From Eremomyces bilateralis CBS 781.70 (lineage: Eukaryota): 64,000 nucleotides of DNA. Positions 47,162 through 57,945 of this stretch are shown here, piece after piece. The DNA lies in the NCBI GenBank assembly GCA_010015585.1, contig ML975167.1. One strand, written 5' to 3'. How positions within the stretch are numbered: position 1 is the stretch's first letter; each line of letters begins with the position of its first letter. The notes under the pieces were generated by a model that saw nothing but the letters and a program-made list of their open reading frames with translations, made no database searches and was not told the DNA's origin. A program made the translations under genes and the position numbers.

Positions 47162-50100
47162 TCAAAAAAACAAACCTCCTTTGCAATGATGCGCACAGCC
47201 GAAAGGCGCTCTCATTGATTCCCTATCATGGCGAACACACTGTCTTTTGCCCCTCGCTTGCTCTGCTCCCTCAGAACAAGCTCTAACGGAACATGCTCTA
47301 TCTTCTCTGAGACGAGCCCAACGAGCGCATCCCACGCATCGATCTTCATAGCAGGATCGCAGAAATTGTATCAGTTTATACCCAATGCGCAAGAAGGCAT
47401 GTCGGCGGATTTCTGGTGTTCGCCTCTGGTGTTCGTACAATTCCCACCACCTGTCTGTGAGTCGGAGACATTCCTCAAAGGCCAATTTTGCTTCAGCATC
47501 GTCAAAGAGCCGACGAATTTGTTTGGCTTCGCATTGCTCTTTTATATTTATGTAAAAATCCTGTGCTCTTGGATCTTCTTTTTGTTCTTCCGCAGTACAC
47601 CTCAAGCACTCTTCGCAAAGGCTCATGGCTTCTTTGGCGTCATTTTCCTTTAGCGCTTGCCGAGCAACGGCTTGCAGATAAGTGGACTTGACTTCATAGA
47701 AGGCCTGTCTCGATACGCTTGGAAACGTGCATCCTCTCCAACGTTTCTCCATGTCCGCATAAAGCTTGGAGCTCTGCGTAATATTGCCATTGGCAGTTGC
47801 GTTTTGTAAGGCAGAGTAGGCATGCTCCCAGTGTTTTCTCTCTGTGTAGGTGATAAAATCGCCGACATCGACCTTTGAGATTTTTGAAATAGAATCAACA
47901 ATGGCCCTCGCTACATCGAAGTCTGCGTTTGACAGTGCCAAGTACCAATCAACTGTAAGCTTGTGGAGCACACGCTGTTGGAGTAGAGCTTCTCGGAATT
48001 TGGGAAGAAAATTAGAATCGTTTAGGAGATCTTGCAGATATTCTTCCTTTTCCACGAGGCCTTCCAAACTATCCAGCTTTTTAAAACAAAGATCAAAGTC
48101 TTTAACCTCGAATGCAGCTTTGATCTCAAGGAGAAGCGAAGCAAAGGCCTCGGAACAGTTGCACAAACACCAAAACCACTTGGGATCTTGCGCTTTTCCA
48201 CCATACTTTCTCATGATGTATATGAACCGGTCTCTGCTGATTGGAGTTGGGTAAGCAGTGTCGCCATCATTCTCTCTCAGCGTTTTGTAGTGTATCAGCG
48301 CCAAGTGAGTCTGCTCCGGAAAGAGATCAGTCATTGATTCAGCTAGGCTTGTAGCTAGATCAAGAGCGCTCTGAATGCCACCGGTGTCAGACGGAAAAAG
48401 TGTTGACGCTATTTGAAATGCCGATTTCTGCTTTTGTATTTTCTTTTTCAAGTCGGCAACGAGTGGTGGTGCATCGGAAATGAATGAGGATTTCTGAATA
48501 ATTTTTTCAACAGCTGCAACATGTTCAAGTGCCTCGCTGAACAAGAACATGTGAGCTGCGGTTGTAATCAGATTTCCGTGGGACACAACGGCTTCGTACC
48601 AGTTTCCAGTATCAATTGCATCTTCCAATGTGCCTTGCATTTGAATGCGCTGGCGGTATCCACTAAGTGTTTCGAGGTCCAGGTTTAGCAAGGAGTATTG
48701 ACTTGCTCTTTCAAGTTCACCAGAGTCTGGAAAGAATTCCTCTGCTATTGAAAACCATTGTGCGACTTTGATACTGCGATCTTGCATGATCTTCAGCGTC
48801 TCATTGTTCGCACAAGGTGAGTGAGTCCGTACATGATTCTGAATGCAATTGCTCATTTCGGTCAATATGCACTGGAGTTTTCCAATAGCAGAGTGAATCT
48901 TGTCGGACGATGAGCGATCAGAATCCTGATACTCGGCCTGTGGAGCCTTTGTCAAAGTTGTAAAAAGCCATCCATCTGATCCACTTGAAGTCAAGGAAGA
49001 CGGCTTATCATGCACGCAGGTCTCGTCCCGGCTGAGTTGGTGGCGTAGCTGCTCGTTGTATCTAACGACTGCATGCCGAATCTTCTCAGCCTCTTCCTTA
49101 TGATCAAGATCGGAAAGAACAAGGAGGTATGAGGACAGGAAAAGTACCAGCTGTAGTTCAGCCAGACAGTGTATTTGCCTTCTCTGGCAAGTTGCCAATC
49201 TTAAAGCTAATTCACAACTTAAGCTTGTTATCTCTAGTATCTTGCTTTTCAAGGATTGATCACGACCTAAGTTAGAGGAGCAACAGAAGAATAATAGAAC
49301 GCTGAAGAACCAGCCATGTCGCGTCCCCCATTTTGGAAGTTGGTTGAGTTGGATGGTGTTAAGCAATTCAACGAACTTGAGCATAAAGAAGGACCTATCT
49401 GCGATGGTTCCGCTCAAGCTGAAATGCCAGATATAGACGGAAAACAGTCGCTGAGGCCACTGGTCCACTGTAATACGTGGTCTTTCGGAAACACAAGAGT
49501 TTATACAAGTGAGGAGGTTCGCTTTGCCGCGTTCGAGCTGTTGATATAGAGGTGCGGTAACCGTGTGATAGAGGTCCATGTCAAATCGAGAAACATACAA
49601 GTCCTCAATGGTGCTGCGGACCCAGTGGTTTCGTTCCCGGTCGCCAATGTCCTTGAATAATCCGTTCGTACCAGTCTGACCGAGTCCTAGTAATACCCAC
49701 GCTCGGGCCTGTACTGTGAAACTCGGATGTATCATTGAGATCCATTCGTCATCATCCATGCGCAAATATCCTTGATCGGATGCAAGGCGTATGATACGTT
49801 TGGCTTGTGATTTGTACTCAATGTAATTTTCAATCTGTTTCGCAGGCTTGATGTCTTTGCCAGCAAACAAAATAGACAAGTGAACGAGAGCCTTTGGCGA
49901 TGGAGCTTCGTGCCAATATTGGCCAAGAAGGAGCAGGAAAGTAAATTCCCGCCTCGGCAACTGTAAGGAAAGATGACGGAGCTCTTGAGCCATAACTGAA
50001 GATTTGAAGAATGCTGATTCATATTCACAACGCGAGGTAACGAGACCGGCGTGGAGGCGCTCGTAAAGTTGTCCCCACGGCACCCTTAAAATCGATTGTC

Positions 50101-52192
50101 CTCGAAGTATTTCTTTGATTGAAGCTGGAATTCCTTTGAATAAATCGACCACTTGTTCCAAGCTGTTGAAATCTTCATGTGTCCAACAGTCAATATCCTC
50201 ACCCGCTTCGCGAAGAATCCGTTCCGCAAGTTCAATGGCGTCGACCATTTCAAGACCTTGAAGTTCGTAGCACGGTGTATCTTGCTTTTGGCCGATGTAC
50301 ATTTCGAGCCAGTTGGTCTCAGAACACCTAGCGGAACAAATAACATAATTTCTTTTGTTCTCGCTAGGAGCCATGAAATATGAAAGCAACGAGTTGAGAA
50401 ACGAATGATGTTCGAAACGTTGTGTCTTGACTTGATGATCTGACACGCTTGATGGATGGCCAATTCTGAGTGCTGTAGCTGACCCATCCAGGATGATGAG
50501 TGTATTGAAAGAGGGGAGGATATTCATAATAATTTGTTGCACAGTGCTCTCGTCATATGAATTCACTGACAGGGAGGTGATAGTCCAAAGCCGTGGTTCG
50601 TAGATTTTGGCATCGGCATTGAATAGTTGTCGAAGAACCGAGACGCTGAGTTCTTCTCGAGACCCGTACTGCATTGTTTTGAAGTCAATTATGATGCTGA
50701 CGTCAATGAAAGCAGTTGATTTCCATATGTCGCATGCGTATTGTAGAAATGCAGTCTTTCCAACGCCAACTGGCCCTTCGAGGTATATCCGGCCTTTCTC
50801 CAATAGTTTCGTTTCTAATCGGAGAAGGTCAAACTCTCTTCCTGTTATTGTTGGTTTATCCAAATTCTTGAGACTTTCATCAATGTCCATAAAGGTCTGG
50901 GGGGTCTCAAGGAGTGTTTCAGTAGTGACCAAATTGGGCGTCGAGAGGATGAAATCGCAACTAGCGGAATATACCACAGGCACGAACCAGTCCATATGGG
51001 TTCTCGTAAGCCCAAATCTTGCAGGGCGGCTGGAATGTATGCGAAGCATACGTCGTGAAATAGCAGCGGCGCGAGTAAAAGACATTCCACCTATGAAAAG
51101 TTCATGGTAGAAAGAGCCCAAGAATATCTCTGCTGCTCCGCTTGAAACCTTGAACGACATGGCAAGTACATTCCGAACGCCATGCGTGTAAAAAACCTTG
51201 GCAATATTCCCATCGTCTCCGCAATTAGCTCTGGCAGATTCGCAGGCATTGAGAACGACATAGGGGATCTTGTATTGACTCAGTGTTCTCGCCACCATAT
51301 GAGCTGCTATGGGCGTGGTACATTCTAACTCGGGGTGACTGAAGTAAAGGATTCCAAATTTCGACGCTTTGCCAATCCGCGTGCCAACTCTGCCATGGAG
51401 GTCGAAATGAACGATGTGATAGTAATTCGCACCATGGATATCTTGAGACCGTTGCAAATGCTGCTTGAAAGATGTAAAAGTTCCGGGTCGCACGACTTCT
51501 ACATTCAAACGCAGATTGTTTGCCTTGCTCTTCGACATGCTCTTCAATATTTGCTGAACTCTGATTAGAACACCAGACGCGAGGGACGGATTTACATCGT
51601 TGTAGAAGTTCGCATTTTTCGAAGTGTGCCTTGCTACCACTAGGAGTATGTTGATCGACATGCATTTGACAACACCTGGTTCGCAGGAAGGTGGTTGAAT
51701 AGGCGATAGTTGTACGGTAGAAGACTCGGGAAAAGAACGAGTGACGACAACATCCAGTTGATCATTCCACGTCGCTGGGACCTCTAGTAATTCCCAGTGC
51801 AACTGGTGTATCGTACTTTCATGTTTGTCGAAGATACACGCCTCGTCGAGGATCTCGATCAACACGGTGCGGTGGGTACTTCCTTGAGGAAATTGAGCGA
51901 CGATTGTTTGAAGATGTAGCTGCTTGGAGAGATATGCAGCGTAGCTGCCAAGGAGATATTCAGCATCCTTCGCGAGGTCGACTGAAAAGGGCGATCGGCT
52001 AGTGAATTCCTCGAGGTACCAACGGCAAAAGGTCTTCTGTTCTTGCTTGAGAGGATCCTCAAGTAACGCGTTTTGCACCACTCTTTTCTCGTCCAAGAAC
52101 ACGTCAATAGTCCAGCTAGAGGTCGCTTCTCCGAGACTACCAGCTGTTCGTGCCACAATCCTCAATTTTATAGGAGGCGAAGTGGAAGCCAT
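47162..52192 (-). CDS. NLR-like protein: CHAT (caspase-like) protease + STAND P-loop NTPase + helical (TPR-like) C-terminus
   Basis: Intronless ORF, open from 52378, with MASTSPP at 52192 as the likely start. CHAT motifs: LHWELLE, NILLVVAR, YHIVHFDLHG (catalytic His), VVLNACESA (catalytic Cys), VLAMSF and DWFVPVVY. NTPase motifs: ITGREFDLLRLE, Walker A GPVGVGKT, Walker B LIILDG. Confidence 0.88.
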   Translation of the reverse strand: MASTSPPIKLRIVARTAGSLGEATSSWTIDVFLDEKRVVQNALLEDPLKQEQKTFCRWYLEEFTSRSPFSVDLAKDAEYLLGSYAAYLSKQLHLQTIVAQFPQGSTHRTVLIEILDEACIFDKHESTIHQLHWELLEVPATWNDQLDVVVTRSFPESSTVQLSPIQPPSCEPGVVKCMSINILLVVARHTSKNANFYNDVNPSLASGVLIRVQQILKSMSKSKANNLRLNVEVVRPGTFTSFKQHLQRSQDIHGANYYHIVHFDLHGRVGTRIGKASKFGILYFSHPELECTTPIAAHMVARTLSQYKIPYVVLNACESARANCGDDGNIAKVFYTHGVRNVLAMSFKVSSGAAEIFLGSFYHELFIGGMSFTRAAAISRRMLRIHSSRPARFGLTRTHMDWFVPVVYSASCDFILSTPNLVTTETLLETPQTFMDIDESLKNLDKPTITGREFDLLRLETKLLEKGRIYLEGPVGVGKTAFLQYACDIWKSTAFIDVSIIIDFKTMQYGSREELSVSVLRQLFNADAKIYEPRLWTITSLSVNSYDESTVQQIIMNILPSFNTLIILDGSATALRIGHPSSVSDHQVKTQRFEHHSFLNSLLSYFMAPSENKRNYVICSARCSETNWLEMYIGQKQDTPCYELQGLEMVDAIELAERILREAGEDIDCWTHEDFNSLEQVVDLFKGIPASIKEILRGQSILRVPWGQLYERLHAGLVTSRCEYESAFFKSSVMAQELRHLSLQLPRREFTFLLLLGQYWHEAPSPKALVHLSILFAGKDIKPAKQIENYIEYKSQAKRIIRLASDQGYLRMDDDEWISMIHPSFTVQARAWVLLGLGQTGTNGLFKDIGDRERNHWVRSTIEDLYVSRFDMDLYHTVTAPLYQQLERGKANLLTCINSCVSERPRITVDQWPQRLFSVYIWHFSLSGTIADRSFFMLKFVELLNTIQLNQLPKWGTRHGWFFSVLLFFCCSSNLGRDQSLKSKILEITSLSCELALRLATCQRRQIHCLAELQLVLFLSSYLLVLSDLDHKEEAEKIRHAVVRYNEQLRHQLSRDETCVHDKPSSLTSSGSDGWLFTTLTKAPQAEYQDSDRSSSDKIHSAIGKLQCILTEMSNCIQNHVRTHSPCANNETLKIMQDRSIKVAQWFSIAEEFFPDSGELERASQYSLLNLDLETLSGYRQRIQMQGTLEDAIDTGNWYEAVVSHGNLITTAAHMFLFSEALEHVAAVEKIIQKSSFISDAPPLVADLKKKIQKQKSAFQIASTLFPSDTGGIQSALDLATSLAESMTDLFPEQTHLALIHYKTLRENDGDTAYPTPISRDRFIYIMRKYGGKAQDPKWFWCLCNCSEAFASLLLEIKAAFEVKDFDLCFKKLDSLEGLVEKEEYLQDLLNDSNFLPKFREALLQQRVLHKLTVDWYLALSNADFDVARAIVDSISKISKVDVGDFITYTERKHWEHAYSALQNATANGNITQSSKLYADMEKRWRGCTFPSVSRQAFYEVKSTYLQAVARQALKENDAKEAMSLCEECLRCTAEEQKEDPRAQDFYINIKEQCEAKQIRRLFDDAEAKLAFEECLRLTDRWWELYEHQRRTPEIRRHAFLRIGYKLIQFLRSCYEDRCVGCARWARLREDRACSVRACSEGAEQARGKRQCVRHDRESMRAPFGCAHHCKGGLFF

Positions 52193-52322
52193 GTTTCTCC
52201 ATGTGAAGGTGGGATTTATTGTCGTGTAAGTCTCTTCAATAGAAAGAGTAGGTTGAGGTAACAGAAGTTGTCCGTTCTCACCAGATACGGACGAGGATGA
52301 TAGATATGGAATCTCAGTGCCT

Positions 52323-52382
52323 GATGAAACAGGCCCATGCCAGATGAAACAGGCCCATGCCAGATGAAACAGGCCCATGGCA
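52323..52382. repeat. 20-bp tandem repeat GATGAAACAGGCCCATGCCA x3
   Basis: Units at 52323-52342, 52343-52362 and 52363-52382 (last has one mismatch), lying between the divergent CHAT-NLR and gasdermin-like genes. Confidence 0.95.
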
Positions 52383-52573
52383 GTCTTCCTGGCCGATATG
52401 TCAGGTCTATTGCCCTAACACAGCGACAACAGAGGGCAATATAAATAACGCAATCACCCCTTGGGACTAACAAGGTCTCAACACTTTAGAGACCTGCAGC
52501 ATTTCCTTCTTACTTCGGGCCCCACTCGGTTCCAAACAAGGCTCAGGTCTCCTGCGATATCAGTTTCAGCCGC

Positions 52574-53539
52574 ATGGTCCTCCCAGAAAGGGAAGAAATC
52601 AAGATGGCAGGGAAACGATACTTTATTCTGGAAGAAACAATCGCCGCAACAGAGATCGAGAGTATGATGGGTCGTGTTGTTATCTCGAAGACGCTGCCAC
52701 TCAACAAGTTTGCGCCATTCCCTGCCATGTCTCCCAATGAACCTTCCCACAACACCAACGATATCATACCTTCAATTCTTCCGAGTCCTTCGCTATCCTT
52801 AAACAGAAAAGAATTCTTTTCTGCCGTTCGAGGACACGAACTTCACGTGGCACTAAGTGCTATTCTTGCCGCGGATATTAAGAGCACGCGAGAGGGCTCG
52901 GCAACGTTAGACAGCCAACAAGTAAAGCGATATACGCTTGACAATCCAGAGCAATACTTCCGTGCTCTTTTACAAAACGAACTGTACAGTCGGGACATGC
53001 GCACTATTCTCGAAGCTAGTAGTACGAAGCGAGGATACTTTGTCACCGGGTTTCTCACCACTACGGAAACCACCTGGAATAGAGAGACTAACCGGTCGAA
53101 GAAAGGAGGCTTCTCAACTTCTCTCCCTGTTTCGCAATTGACAGGATTGCCTCTCCCAGTAATTTCCGACTTAAGAGTGGGATCCGCGCATGAGAGCACC
53201 ACCCAGCATGGGCAAGATATGAGTGTGCCTGCAGAAGAGATCTTTGCAATGTCCTACTCAATTGTCAAACTGGAATACAATTTCAAGCTTTCACTTGCCA
53301 ACCCTATCATAAAAACACCTGTCTTTGGGCCTCCAAAGAGAGCAAAAGCGCGGCATCTTGCTTTGAGTCAAGAGAGTGATGAGGAGATTGAGGATGGCTC
53401 AGATGACGATGATAACAAACACAATAACGGACATGTAGCTTGCAAATGGCCCCGAGGCTCTACTATCAAATTTATCTGGGACAATGGCGACGAGCTTCTG
53501 GGCGATATTCCGGGAACCAGTTTTCTCTTGAATCGGTAG
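52574..53539 (+). CDS. Putative fungal gasdermin (RCD-1/HET-Q1-like pore-forming protein)
   Basis: 321 aa (311 from the ATG at 52604). N-terminal YFIL...MGRVV...P, central YFVTGF and late IFAMSYSIVKL motifs, two Ser/Thr-rich beta-hairpin-like segments and an acidic C-terminal tail. Adjacent to a CHAT protease gene. Called from motif order and context only. Confidence 0.68.
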   Translation: MVLPEREEIKMAGKRYFILEETIAATEIESMMGRVVISKTLPLNKFAPFPAMSPNEPSHNTNDIIPSILPSPSLSLNRKEFFSAVRGHELHVALSAILAADIKSTREGSATLDSQQVKRYTLDNPEQYFRALLQNELYSRDMRTILEASSTKRGYFVTGFLTTTETTWNRETNRSKKGGFSTSLPVSQLTGLPLPVISDLRVGSAHESTTQHGQDMSVPAEEIFAMSYSIVKLEYNFKLSLANPIIKTPVFGPPKRAKARHLALSQESDEEIEDGSDDDDNKHNNGHVACKWPRGSTIKFIWDNGDELLGDIPGTSFLLNR

Positions 53540-55004
53540 CTTCCTTTGATCTCAAGGAGAGGGAGGGAAACGGCACTGATGTATCATTGTTCCTCTGGAT
53601 CCTTATCAAGTCTATAGTATTTCATCACGTACGGTGTCATAAAGAACCATCGCTCAGGTGACTTCTGTAATGATACGAAACCCTCACAGACAGGTAATCT
53701 GAAGAACGGGTTCATTCGTGATATCGAAGCTATGGAAGAAGGGAAGAAACGGTGCATCTTACGATGCAGGTAAAACTATCTATACTGGTGGTCACGTGAC
53801 CACGCCCACCAGAGCCATTTTGTAACAGCTTCCATGGTAAGGGCGGGCCCGCAAAGCCCAACTGTACGCGTCCACGTCGCTACGGGTGGAAACGTCGTTA
53901 GAGAAGAGTTCTCTGATGATGGCCAAGTACAGTGGCGATGAAAGAGACGCGTGCGCCGCGCGCAGGTCGCTGGCGATGACCGTAGTGTCCCTACAGTACC
54001 ACCGCCAACGCGACCGTGTCTACTGCCTCCGTCTAGACGCGGTGTCCTTTCATGAAGGGAGGCTCATCAAGGGAAACTGGGATACGAAAACCACCCGATG
54101 GTGACCTATCTAGCTCGTAGCTAGATCCTGAAGCTTGACTTATCATCAGGTGGATGAGGACGCGTCCTAGGTCTCCAACAGGACACACTTGGGCTCGCAC
54201 CTACTCTGGGACTATGCATACGCGTAGCGAGGGTTTGGGACAATCCTGATCTAAAGAACTCGTTAAGGCTAACTTCTATAGATCTGGGCGAACTTTGTTA
54301 AGGCCGGAGGGCCTCCTCGCAACGGGAGCACTTGTTAAGGCCTCCCTATCGAAACTTGTTAATGCCACAACGACACGATCTTACCGGGTGAGCGATTTAG
54401 CGAACATGATAGCTTACAGAAATGGAGTTACAGGCCAATTCGGTGGAGAGGAATCACAGGGTAAGCTCCTGGTGGAGGCTCGAGGGAGACACAGACCAGT
54501 CGCCTAGATCGATACAATGGGAGAATCACGGGCCAGCTTAAGAGATGGAGGACGCGAGTCTGGTTAGTAGGATAAGGTGGTGGATGTCGCCCGGCGTGGG
54601 ACATCTACGCGGCCACAGCACAGCAGCAGCCATACGATATTTCCGGCTACCTTATCCTGCAAGACACGGTCGGCCCATCAGAGGGAGACCTCTATGGGCA
54701 ACGCGAAACGGCTATATTTATAGCTGCGGGGCGTAGTGCGTGGTAGCCACTGCTGGCTCCGAGGACCTCACCCTTTTAATGGGCTCTGACCCTCCGTGAA
54801 CCTGAGAGCCGGCGGGATCAATCCCTGGCTGGAGAGACTACCACGTAGCTCGAGAGAACGCATGCGCATGTCTGGACACAGAGAAACAGGACTAGTCGCT
54901 AGGATAGAACGCTGGTGATATATGCTTAAGGAGCAAACAGGCGTTACACAGGCAGGAACCCTTTTGGGCGGGGGGCGACTGGATAAGCAGAGGCTTAGAC
55001 AACC

Positions 55005-55550
55005 GTGGCAGGTGTCTGGATAAGCAGACAGATGATACCTGCTATTGTATATAAACGCAATATAATGACCTGCCCGGAGGCCGCCTGCAACTGGATCCTT
55101 CAATTCTGTGTCGACCGGAAGGCGTCGATCATTGTCAACGGAAGCGAATCAGCAGTCTACAGCATCCAGCACGCAGGACTACCGCAAGGCTCCCCTCTAA
55201 GCCCAACCCTTTTCCTTTTCTACCACTCAGATCTCGTCCAGAGCAAACATACTGATCGCGGATGGTCGCTAGCATTCGTGGACGACTACTCTGCATGGGT
55301 AGTCGGGCCAAATGAGCGCGAGAACGCAAGGAAGGTCCAGGCGGTTATCATTCCGAAGGTCGAACGATGGAGCTGTACTAGCAGAGCTACCTTCGAGCCG
55401 AGCAAGACCCAATACATCCACTTTACAAGGCTCAAGAAAACGACCGCTTATAAGACCTCAGACCTTACCTTCGCTGGCCAATCGAATACCGCCCAATAAG
55501 AAATCAAAGTCCCAGGGGTTACGCTAAATCAGAAGCTCTCCTTCCACTTG
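55005..55550 (+). mobile_element. Non-LTR retrotransposon (Tad1-like) reverse transcriptase remnant
   Basis: NWILQFCVDRKASIIVNG...GLPQGSPLSPTLFLFY...AFVDDY...ATFEPSKTQYIHF. The region ~53800-55000 upstream may be the decayed remainder. Confidence 0.88.
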
Positions 55551-55644
55551 GCACGTCTGGTATGACGAGATTAGAAATCGAGCTGCGGGGAAATTATCCG
55601 TTTTGGTTTAGCCTCGCTATTTCCGGTTTAGCGCCGCCAAGCTC

Positions 55645-56664
55645 TCACGTAGAGTTTTGCCGTGGCCTCTGTCGACTTTTAGATGCGCCATGTACTGTAA
55701 CTTGAGCTGCCAGGCGATTGAATAACTCAAACTCCATCCTTTCAGCAGCCTTCGAGCCACTTAGTATATCGCCAACTATGTCGGAGCCAGGAGGGAAGTC
55801 ATGCTCAAAGGAAGGCTCGCCAGCACCTCTCATATTTGCTAGAACAGCCTGCCTGAAATGCCATCGCAGCAGTTGATCAATTGGCCGTTGAGGATTATCA
55901 AGTAGCTGTCGGTCGAGATGCTTGCCGGCAAGACCTTTTCCATCAAGGTCAAAGAACATAATCTTATAATCATCCTGGAATAGTGTTAGTTAGCCAGAAT
56001 ACAGCTACAAGAGTATATAACATACATACGTCTGGATTAATAGAGAGGATGTAGTTGTCAAAGAGTTGGTGTACGCCAGAATTAAGTAATAACCCGTTTT
56101 GTACTGAGTTGATTGCTCCGCCATCGTCTGGTTGAATAGTAATCCAGCGGTCGTAGCCATGATCTTTCCAATGACCTTCGTAAGCTATTGGAAATATATG
56201 TGCGGCCTCAAAGCTGTCCCAGCGGTCGAATTGCGCCGCGACTGCTACCTCTCCAGATATAACGCACCGACGATCTCGTGAGCGTACAGCATCGCGGAAA
56301 CAATGGGTACGAGTTCCAGTAGAAACAGATATCGTACGGACTAGCCACGACTCGTTGTTGACCGCGAAAGAACCTATATTCGGAGTAAAGATTAGCCTGG
56401 GTATGATAAGATGGCTGTACACTTACCAGCGGCATGAATGTAGTAATTCCCCGGCCAAAGTGGATCATCAGTCCTTTGGATCTTGGTGCCTTCTTCGTTT
56501 TGTAGTTCGAAAGCAGTTGTGAACAAGACGAGAATCTCCACCATCGAGTAGAAGTTGGCATTCGTGACGCCATTCGTAAGAATTAGACCACCGAGAACAG
56601 TAGTGCGGTCGCTGGCATCGTAGATATGAACGTCGCGACCTAGTGACCGATTGCGTGAAGGCAT
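55645..56664 (-). CDS. HNH endonuclease-domain protein (HNH_2 type) with N-terminal accessory domain
   Basis: Three exons: MPSRNRSLGRDVHIYD...PGNYYIHAA / FRDAVRSRDRRCVISG...FEAAHIFP...INSVQNGLLL...HQLFD...SINPD / DDYKI...LLRWHFRQAVLANMRGAGEP. Alternative ATG at 56736. Confidence 0.88.
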
Positions 56665-57241
56665 TATAGAACTTTGCGGCGGATTCAGAGGATCGGGGGT
56701 TCTGGAGGGTGTCGCGGACGTTTTCGGAGACGACATAGTGGGTGCTTAAGATGTTAGACGTCGCATAAGGACAGCAGGTGGCAGGTGCAAGCTTCAAGTT
56801 ATAATTGGCAAGAGGGTTGTTCATGAAAGGTGAAAAGTGCAAGAGCTCGAAATAACAGTTCAAACTGAAGCTTAAGACTTCAAACAAGTGAGAGGTTCCC
56901 GGTCACGTAGGTCTCAGCTGAGGGAAAATAACCCGCAAACCCCCCTCAAGGGACCTGCGAAATTCCAGGACATTTTCCCTACAGATTTATATGTGCCGGA
57001 GAATGGCCTAAAGATGACAATATCCCTCCTTCTTGGGTAATAGCGGGCCGCTTGCTTCCCGTGCCACTATCTAGACAACGATGAAGCATTATATTAACTG
57101 TGCCGATGGGTTCGGAGAGCTAACCTCCATCAATAATGCTAACTGCAGATGACACGCCTACCATGGTCGCTGCGCTCAAAACATGATTTGTCGGTTGTCC
57201 TGTGTGTAGGCGGGACTAGAAAGGACACCTGCTGTGGTGGT

Positions 57242-57635
57242 CGATACGATTGTTCATTGGCATTGAAATCAACGAGGACATCTTGCGACAAGTTGCCCGG
57301 GTTCTGTTTCGTGAGGCTAGTACGGTAATGCTGGATTACGATAAAAGGCTATTTGGGTTAAGGAGCCTGATTGGGCTCGGTCAGCATGGGATGAGGAGCC
57401 CATTTATGTGAAAGGCCAGTTCGGGACGATGGCCAGTTTGACCCAGCCACAAGTTCTTGCCTCTTATATATACGGAATGCCCCGAGAAATGGCTATGCTT
57501 TTTATTATTCTTCTACTCTTGTCTAGCGGCAAATCGTAGTGTTGCGCAAAGGGAATGGAACTTGGTTGGTGAGAGGGTTTAACCCATGAGAACAACTTGC
57601 TGGGTATGCTCGCCTAGGTTGATCCCTTATGCATC
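57242..57635. repeat. ~400-bp dispersed direct repeat, copy A
   Basis: 57242-57315 matches 59913-59985, and 57356-57635 matches 61012-61309 (shared GGTTAAGGAGCCTGATTGGGCTCGGTCAGCATGGG and TACGGAATGCCCCGAGAAATGGCTATGCTTTT). Confidence 0.92.
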
Positions 57636-57858
57636 TATTCGGGTCGATCTAGCATCAAGAACCTCAGAAATCTGCGGTCATTCATTTCCTTCAGCAGCTT
57701 GACCAAGACCCCTGGGCATGGAACAAATTTTAGCCGGTATCTAATAATATATTTCTTGGTTAAGTAGCAATCAATTAACACAGCTTTCTACCTACTGAAT
57801 TGCCGCCCTTTGCCTCGCCTTGCCTGTTTTCGAATCGATACGACCACTTATCCCTGCT

Positions 57859-57945
57859 TTGAAACTGCGCAAGAGCCAATTACGAGTTCTGGAATTGGAT
57901 CGTCCTGACACTATATCTTCCTTAGCAACGTTGGACGAGTGGCGG
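57859..57945 (+). pseudogene. C-terminal TPR fragment of an NLR-type gene
   Basis: LRKSQLRVLELDRPDTISSLATLDEWR resembles the terminal R.RVLG.DHPDT.SS...L..W repeat of fungal NB-ARC-TPR proteins. Confidence 0.5.

Noticed and set aside
52193..52378. ORF-track N-terminal extension (MGLFHLAWAC...) of the CHAT-NLR
   Set aside because: That ATG comes from the tandem repeat. MASTSPP at 52192 is the more plausible start, though this is unproven.
52323..52382. Repeat array as a CRISPR
   Set aside because: Units are directly adjacent with no spacers, and the context is eukaryotic with no cas genes.
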